From the NCBI GenBank assembly GCA_016125505.1, contig WGLP01000003.1, positions 501,911 through 565,910 on the forward strand: a stretch of 64,000 nt of DNA. The letters are read 5' to 3'. A program made the translations under genes and the position numbers. The notes beneath the pieces are model-generated. The model was not told the origin of the DNA. It ran no database searches and saw nothing but the letters and a program-made list of their open reading frames with translations. The stretch comes from Gammaproteobacteria bacterium (GTDB lineage Bacteria; Pseudomonadota; Gammaproteobacteria; UBA6429; Thiohalophilaceae). The stretch's first letter is position 1, and the number at the start of each line of letters is the position of its first letter. This document shows positions 59,410 to 64,000 of this stretch, piece by piece.

Positions 59410-60180
59410 ATGGCGACGCCATTCAATGAAGTCAGTCAGTTAACAAAATCGCAACAACCGAATCGTTTCAGTGTCTTTCTCGCCGACAGTCCCTTGCAGC
59501 GGCGCCAATGCTACAAATTACGTTACGATGTCTTTGCCAATGAAATGGGCGCCGAAGTCCGCGGCGACGAACCGGGCATCGACAAGGATCGCTTCGATGA
59601 CGCCTGCCGTCATCTTGCCGTCTACGACAATCACACCAATGAACTGGTTGCCACCACGCGCCTGCTCGACAACGCAGGCCGCAACCAGATCGGCATGTAT
59701 TATTCCGAAACCGAATTCGACCTGAGCAACATCCTCAGCGACGGCTGCCGCTTCATGGAAGTCGGCCGCACCTGTATCCACCCAGAGTATCGCCGTGGCG
59801 CCGCCCTGCCGATGCTATGGCAGGGTATCGCGCGAATGGTCGTGGAAGACAAGGTCGACTACCTCATCGGCTGCGCCAGCATCCCCCTGTCCAGCGGCGA
59901 CAAATACCTCGCGGCCCTGATGCATTTCATTCGCGAGAAACACTACGCACCCGAATCCCTGCGGGTACGTCCCTTGATTCCCCTGCGGCTTGAAGAACAA
60001 AGCCCCATGCCGGACGACGTGATCCCGCCGACCCTGCTCAAGGCCTATTTGCGTCAGGGTGCGCTGATCTGCGGCGAACCCTACTGGGATGCCGCCTTCG
60101 GCGTGGCGGATGTATTTGTGTTGCTCGACTGCGACCAGATCTCCAGCCGCTACGTCAAACACTTCATCGAGCGCCTCTAA
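59410..60180 (+). CDS. olsB: GNAT-fold N-acyltransferase of the OlsB (ornithine/amino-acid lipid N-acyltransferase) family
   Basis: 256 aa with SD GGAGAAGAAGG. Acyl-transferase GNAT core (YRLRYDVFANEMG...; HPEYRRG). Followed immediately by a PlsC-type acyltransferase, the classic olsBA arrangement. Confidence 0.7.
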   Translation: MATPFNEVSQLTKSQQPNRFSVFLADSPLQRRQCYKLRYDVFANEMGAEVRGDEPGIDKDRFDDACRHLAVYDNHTNELVATTRLLDNAGRNQIGMYYSETEFDLSNILSDGCRFMEVGRTCIHPEYRRGAALPMLWQGIARMVVEDKVDYLIGCASIPLSSGDKYLAALMHFIREKHYAPESLRVRPLIPLRLEEQSPMPDDVIPPTLLKAYLRQGALICGEPYWDAAFGVADVFVLLDCDQISSRYVKHFIERL

Positions 60181-60193
60181 CGATTTCTCCAGC

Positions 60194-61030
60194 ATGATGT
60201 TCAAGGCGATTGTGCGTGCCGCCCTGCGCGGCACGCAATTTTTTTTCCATCTTATAATCGGTATCACTCTCGGGAGTGGTTATCGTCTGCGTTATGGCCG
60301 CCAGTGGCATCTCACCCAAGCCGGGCAGGACATCATTAGCTGGTGGATGCAGGGACTCACTCATCTGCTCGGCATCCGGATTACACGCTACGGCAAGCCA
60401 TTGACCAGCCGCGTCATGTACGTCGCCAATCATATTTCCTTTCTCGATATCGCGGTGATCGCGGCCTGTGTCCCGGCACGCTTTCTTTCCAAACACAGCG
60501 TGCGCTACTGGCCCGTCATCGGTTACCTCACCGCGCTCTCCGGCACCTTGTTTATCAACCGCGGCAAGCGGCGCGAGATCAATCAGACCCTGACTGCATT
60601 GAAACAGGCGATGGCGGAACCACGACCGGTATTATTTTTTCCGGAAGGCACAACCACGCTGGGCACACAGGTCCTGAAATTTCACAGCGGCCTGTTTCAG
60701 GCCGCCATCGATCAAGCTGTCCCGGTGCAACCCCTGACCCTGCATTATCGGCGCGAGCACCGGGCAGACCGCATCGCCGCCTACATCGACAAGGACAATT
60801 TTCTCATCAACCTGCTGCGCCTCATGGCCCAGCCGCATACCGACGTCCATGTCAGCTTCACCCCGCCCGTCGACAGCCACGGCCACACCCGCCAAAGCCT
60901 CGCCACTTACTGCCAGGCGCGCATCAGCCAGAATCTGCAGTTCCAACTGCACATCCCCGGCACACCGGCAGTTGAACGCGGCACGGAATTCGCCATACTT
61001 GGCGAATGCGAACCGTCCGATTCCGCCTGA
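60194..61030 (+). CDS. olsA: lysophospholipid/1-acyl-glycerol-3-phosphate-type O-acyltransferase, OlsA-like
   Basis: PlsC motifs ANHISFLD (HX4D), FPEGTT, and a TM N-terminus. The ATG at 60194 is preferred over the track start 60089, which overlaps olsB. Confidence 0.75.
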   Translation: MMFKAIVRAALRGTQFFFHLIIGITLGSGYRLRYGRQWHLTQAGQDIISWWMQGLTHLLGIRITRYGKPLTSRVMYVANHISFLDIAVIAACVPARFLSKHSVRYWPVIGYLTALSGTLFINRGKRREINQTLTALKQAMAEPRPVLFFPEGTTTLGTQVLKFHSGLFQAAIDQAVPVQPLTLHYRREHRADRIAAYIDKDNFLINLLRLMAQPHTDVHVSFTPPVDSHGHTRQSLATYCQARISQNLQFQLHIPGTPAVERGTEFAILGECEPSDSA

Positions 61031-61224
61031 GCATCAACGCCGACGACTACCTGCGTTACTACCAGGGCATCGCCCGCAATATCTCGGTCATCGCCGACGA
61101 CGGCCGCCGCATCGAATTCCCCGCGGAACACCTGCGCGCGTTTGTGATGCGCGACGGCGTCCATGGGCTGTTTGAATTGGTGTTTGATCAGGATAACAAG
61201 TTTGTTGCCTTGCGGAAGATTTAA
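61006..61224 (+). CDS. DUF2835-like small protein (72 aa)
   Basis: MRTVRFRLSINADDYLRYYQG...RRIEFPAEHLRAFVMRDGVHGLFELVFDQ matches my recollection of the DUF2835 pattern. Starts 25 nt inside the olsA 3' end in another frame. No SD. Confidence 0.5.
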   Translation: MRTVRFRLSINADDYLRYYQGIARNISVIADDGRRIEFPAEHLRAFVMRDGVHGLFELVFDQDNKFVALRKI

Positions 61225-61266
61225 AAATTTTTTAAAAGTGTTTTTTCGCTCTCGCTGAGAGCAAGC

Positions 61267-61885
61267 CACTTTCTTTTTGCTTGTCCAAAAAGAAAGTGAC
61301 CAAAGAAAAACGACCCTCCGCTTCGGCTAAGCATTCGCAAAAAATGCCCGTTCTCAGCAAGGCTGAGTGATTCGCCTTCCCTGGCTCATCACTCAGGCTC
61401 GGCGTCCTGCCTCGCCCTGTTAGGCCTTGCTTGCGCGTCAGGCATTTTTTTCTCATAGCCTGCGCAAGAAGCCTTTACCACTGAGATAGGTCAAAGTTAC
61501 TAAATGAAATTTCACTCTATCTGGCTAAGTGGAAAACCCCATGCGATAGCCGTGAGGGATTTTTGGCTGAATGCAAGTGGCGCCCAACGGGGCGCGACCA
61601 GAACGAGCGAAGCGAGTTCAGGAAGTACTTGATGAACCCGAAGGGTTCTGAAGTGAGCCAGGGACGCCGAGCCTGTGACATGAAGCAGGGATGCTGAATG
61701 TCACAGCGCCCCTGAGTACAGCCAAAAACCACGAACGTGTGGCAAGCGCGGGAGAGCTTCTTTGCCTACTTTCTTGTCGATACAAGAAAGTAGGTCGCCT
61801 AAGCGGCGAAACCGCGAGCGAAATTTGCATTTAAAAATAAGACACTGGATTCCGGATAATTGCTAACGCAATTTCCGGAATGACA
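61267..61885. repeat. repeat-rich intergenic region: module B (61267..61298, identical to 1003..1034), IR-flanked elements (61330..61450; 61565..61735), module B' (61765..61805, rc of the 32931 copy) and module A (61844..61885)
   Basis: GCAAAAAATGCC...GGCATTTTTTT, TTTTGGCTG...CAGCCAAAA, CTGTGACAT/ATGTCACAG, CCTACTTTCTTG-tcgata-CAAGAAAGTAGG+TCGCCTAAGC, CACTGGATTCCGG...CCGGAATGAC. Confidence 0.75.
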
Positions 61886-61898
61886 AAAAAAGAAAAAA

Positions 61899-64000
61899 CT
61901 AGAACTCACTCCCAATTCGCAAGTACACCTTGTTCTCGCCCAGAGTATTATCAAACCCCTTGGCAAAACCCAGCGACGTGCGCAGGCGGATGTTGTAGAA
62001 CACATCGAGGTCGGCGTTTAATTCAAACCCGGCGTCGGTGTAATAGTGATCCGGTCCGCTGCCGGTATTCCAGACACCGCCGGCATCGTAGAACAGCGTA
62101 CCGTGCAGTTGATTGATGCCGATCGGCGGCACCATGAAACCGCGCTCGATACGGCGAAGGGGAAAACGATATTCGGCGGAGATGAGGCGCATGTTCCTGC
62201 CGGCCAGTTCGACGTGGCCTTCACTGTAGCCGCGCAGGGTGTAGTCGCGTTTATTGAAGAAGCGTTCGACTTCACCCCGCATGATCGTGGAGTACGCGGT
62301 ATTATCCGACTGGATACCGCCGAGACGAAACGGTTTGGGATTGTGCTGACCGCGGCCCTCGGTAAAACGCAGGGCCAGCACATGTTCTCCGCCCAAGGGA
62401 ATAAACTCACGCCATTCGCCCACGGTGATCTGCCCTTTATTAAAGCTGTCGCCGTAGACATCGCTGTCTTCGTGGATAAGGCGCAGCTCCCGGCCATCGT
62501 TCCGGCTTACCGACAGCGGATACGTTTTGGCGGAATTGTAGCGCAGGCCGATGGCCGCCAGATCGTCATGGGTATCCGCCAGGGAGACTGCCCCATTGCT
62601 CCAGACATCGTGATCGGTTTGCGTGATCAAGGCGGCGCGCAACGAGAGATTCCAGTCATACTGGATCAGTGGCACGATGGTTTCGGCAATCGCCTGGTCA
62701 TTCGCGCGGATCAACACGGTCTGGTTGCTGCTATTGAGATAAAAATCATGACTGCGCGTGGCCCCGAGATGCAGGATAGGCCACCAACCGTCGTAAACAT
62801 AATCCAGCGAACCCAGCGGTAATTTGTTTTTTACATCGTATAAAAAGGCTGCCGCATACTGGTGTCGCTGCAATACATCCATGCCGGTGGTACTCAAGCC
62901 GATATCGGTCCGCTGATCGTCGATAGTAAACTCCGGGCTCCAGTAGCGCGGCGCCAGTGAATCCCATGGCGAATACGCCTGCGGCACCAATTGACCGGGG
63001 TTGCCCGTTTGCGCGGACGCCTCAGGCTGCACAGGCGTCACCTTTGTCTCTTCTGTAGCGACCTGTGTTTCAACTGCCGCCGATGGTTTCGGCATGCGGG
63101 CCACATCGAAGCCACGTATGCCGTAACTGATATATACCAGGTCGTCCTTTAACGGTGCCGGATAAAACGCCCCGCCGATAACGTTGGTCAGTTTACTTGC
63201 AGTGCCGCTGGCAAAATCATACCGATAAATATTGTAGATGCCATTGTAGTCGGCGCTGTAGTAGACATGTTCGCCATCGCCGCTGAATTGCGGCTGGGCT
63301 TCAATGGCGTGATCCTGTGTCAATGGCGTCCATTGCCTGCTCTGCAGATCAAATTTTTCCAGGTTCCAGCCCTGATTAGGCCGCCATACTGAAGCCACGA
63401 TAAACGCCTGTTGCGCATTGGCGGTCAGCTGGCCAACCTGTTCCTGCTGATGACCTTGCCACAGGGTTTCGATTTGCTTGCCGTCCGCAGCAAGCAGGTC
63501 CAGCCGGTTGTTACCCAATTCGTTATGCACCGCGACGATATTGTTGCCCTTGTTGGTCCAGACGGCGTAACGATAACGCGCGCACTGGGTCAGGCGTTTG
63601 CGGTGTTGCCCGTCGGCATCGGCACGATACAGGTCATAATACAGACGTGCATTGCGGCAGACCTCCGGTTGCGCCATCAGCAAACCGCCGTGTGCATCCA
63701 CACTGAAGCGGGTATTGATATTCACATCGAGTAATTTCCTGGGCGGCGCATCCCCGCTGATGACGTTGATCGCGGCATGGTCCTCGCCGGTAAACTGATA
63801 GAAATAAATATTATCGCCCAGGGTCTGGAGTGGCCCGGCGTGATAACCGGCCTGGGTAAGATCCGTCCCGGCACGCACACCGGCCTGTTCAATCTTGTCG
63901 ACTACCGGCGCATATTTTTGTTTTAGCCACGCCTGGTACTCGTCCCATAGTTCCGGCAATTCCTTGTGGAACACACTGACGCTGTTGGAGTTGATGCGAA
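61899..64000 (-). CDS. outer-membrane protein: TolB/PD40-like beta-propeller region plus C-terminal beta-barrel ending in Phe (N-terminus beyond window)
   Basis: The ORF is open to the window edge. Repeated YY.SADYNG..NIYRYD-type TolB-like repeats. The C-terminus ...LGENKVYLRIGSEF has the OMP terminal-Phe signature. Confidence 0.65.
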   Translation of the reverse strand, partial: RINSNSVSVFHKELPELWDEYQAWLKQKYAPVVDKIEQAGVRAGTDLTQAGYHAGPLQTLGDNIYFYQFTGEDHAAINVISGDAPPRKLLDVNINTRFSVDAHGGLLMAQPEVCRNARLYYDLYRADADGQHRKRLTQCARYRYAVWTNKGNNIVAVHNELGNNRLDLLAADGKQIETLWQGHQQEQVGQLTANAQQAFIVASVWRPNQGWNLEKFDLQSRQWTPLTQDHAIEAQPQFSGDGEHVYYSADYNGIYNIYRYDFASGTASKLTNVIGGAFYPAPLKDDLVYISYGIRGFDVARMPKPSAAVETQVATEETKVTPVQPEASAQTGNPGQLVPQAYSPWDSLAPRYWSPEFTIDDQRTDIGLSTTGMDVLQRHQYAAAFLYDVKNKLPLGSLDYVYDGWWPILHLGATRSHDFYLNSSNQTVLIRANDQAIAETIVPLIQYDWNLSLRAALITQTDHDVWSNGAVSLADTHDDLAAIGLRYNSAKTYPLSVSRNDGRELRLIHEDSDVYGDSFNKGQITVGEWREFIPLGGEHVLALRFTEGRGQHNPKPFRLGGIQSDNTAYSTIMRGEVERFFNKRDYTLRGYSEGHVELAGRNMRLISAEYRFPLRRIERGFMVPPIGINQLHGTLFYDAGGVWNTGSGPDHYYTDAGFELNADLDVFYNIRLRTSLGFAKGFDNTLGENKVYLRIGSEF

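Overview
GC-rich (~58-60%) chromosomal segment with gammaproteobacterial gene content (UbiK, TusE, FetAB, YrfG/CysQ, SpeA/SpeE, PsiF, GlnK/AmtB, Urt/Ure). Core and accessory loci are densely interleaved. No rRNA, tRNA, CRISPR array, transposase, integrase or phage gene was recognised. Main blocks, left to right: (1) pip-dtd, a hybrid sensor kinase, a YkgJ-family protein, yrfG-cysQ and a rhodanese. (2) A c-di-GMP neighbourhood: GGDEF-EAL membrane protein, an HExxH metallopeptidase-like protein translationally coupled to a D-Ala-D-Ala-ligase-type ATP-grasp enzyme, a bactofilin, and a GAF/HD-GYP protein. (3) A REC-like protein coupled to a small GIY-YIG protein, then a 2OG-Fe(II) oxygenase next to a Hanks-type Ser/Thr kinase with a long periplasmic domain. 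(4) tusE, a 7-blade FG-GAP propeller lipoprotein diverging from an Arg/Asp/Tyr/Pro-rich lipoprotein, and metH. (5) nfeD-SPFH, ttcA, an AT-rich islet with tiny ORFs, fructosamine kinase, a PNPOx-like protein, priA with clustered DnaA-box-like 9-mers upstream, and a flotillin. (6) argS, a SPOR protein, a membrane Zn-peptidase, psiF, speA/speE, fetAB and a CDGSH protein. (7) A 13.5-kb co-directional nitrogen-scavenging supercluster, ureDABCEFG-urtABCDE-glnK-amtB, with a sigma54/NtrC promoter in front of glnK and a TIGR02001-type OMP gene upstream. (8) ubiK, yifB/comM, an olsB-olsA-like pair, a DUF2835 ORF and a partial OMP gene. At least two families of short palindromic repeat modules (REP/MITE-like) recur across the window, including inside the urease operon (ureA/ureB and ureF/ureG spacers). 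Most promising unexplored loci: the peptidase/ATP-grasp pair in its c-di-GMP/bactofilin context, the oxygenase + sensor Ser/Thr kinase, the FG-GAP/RD-rich lipoprotein pair, and the structured repeat-rich intergenic regions.
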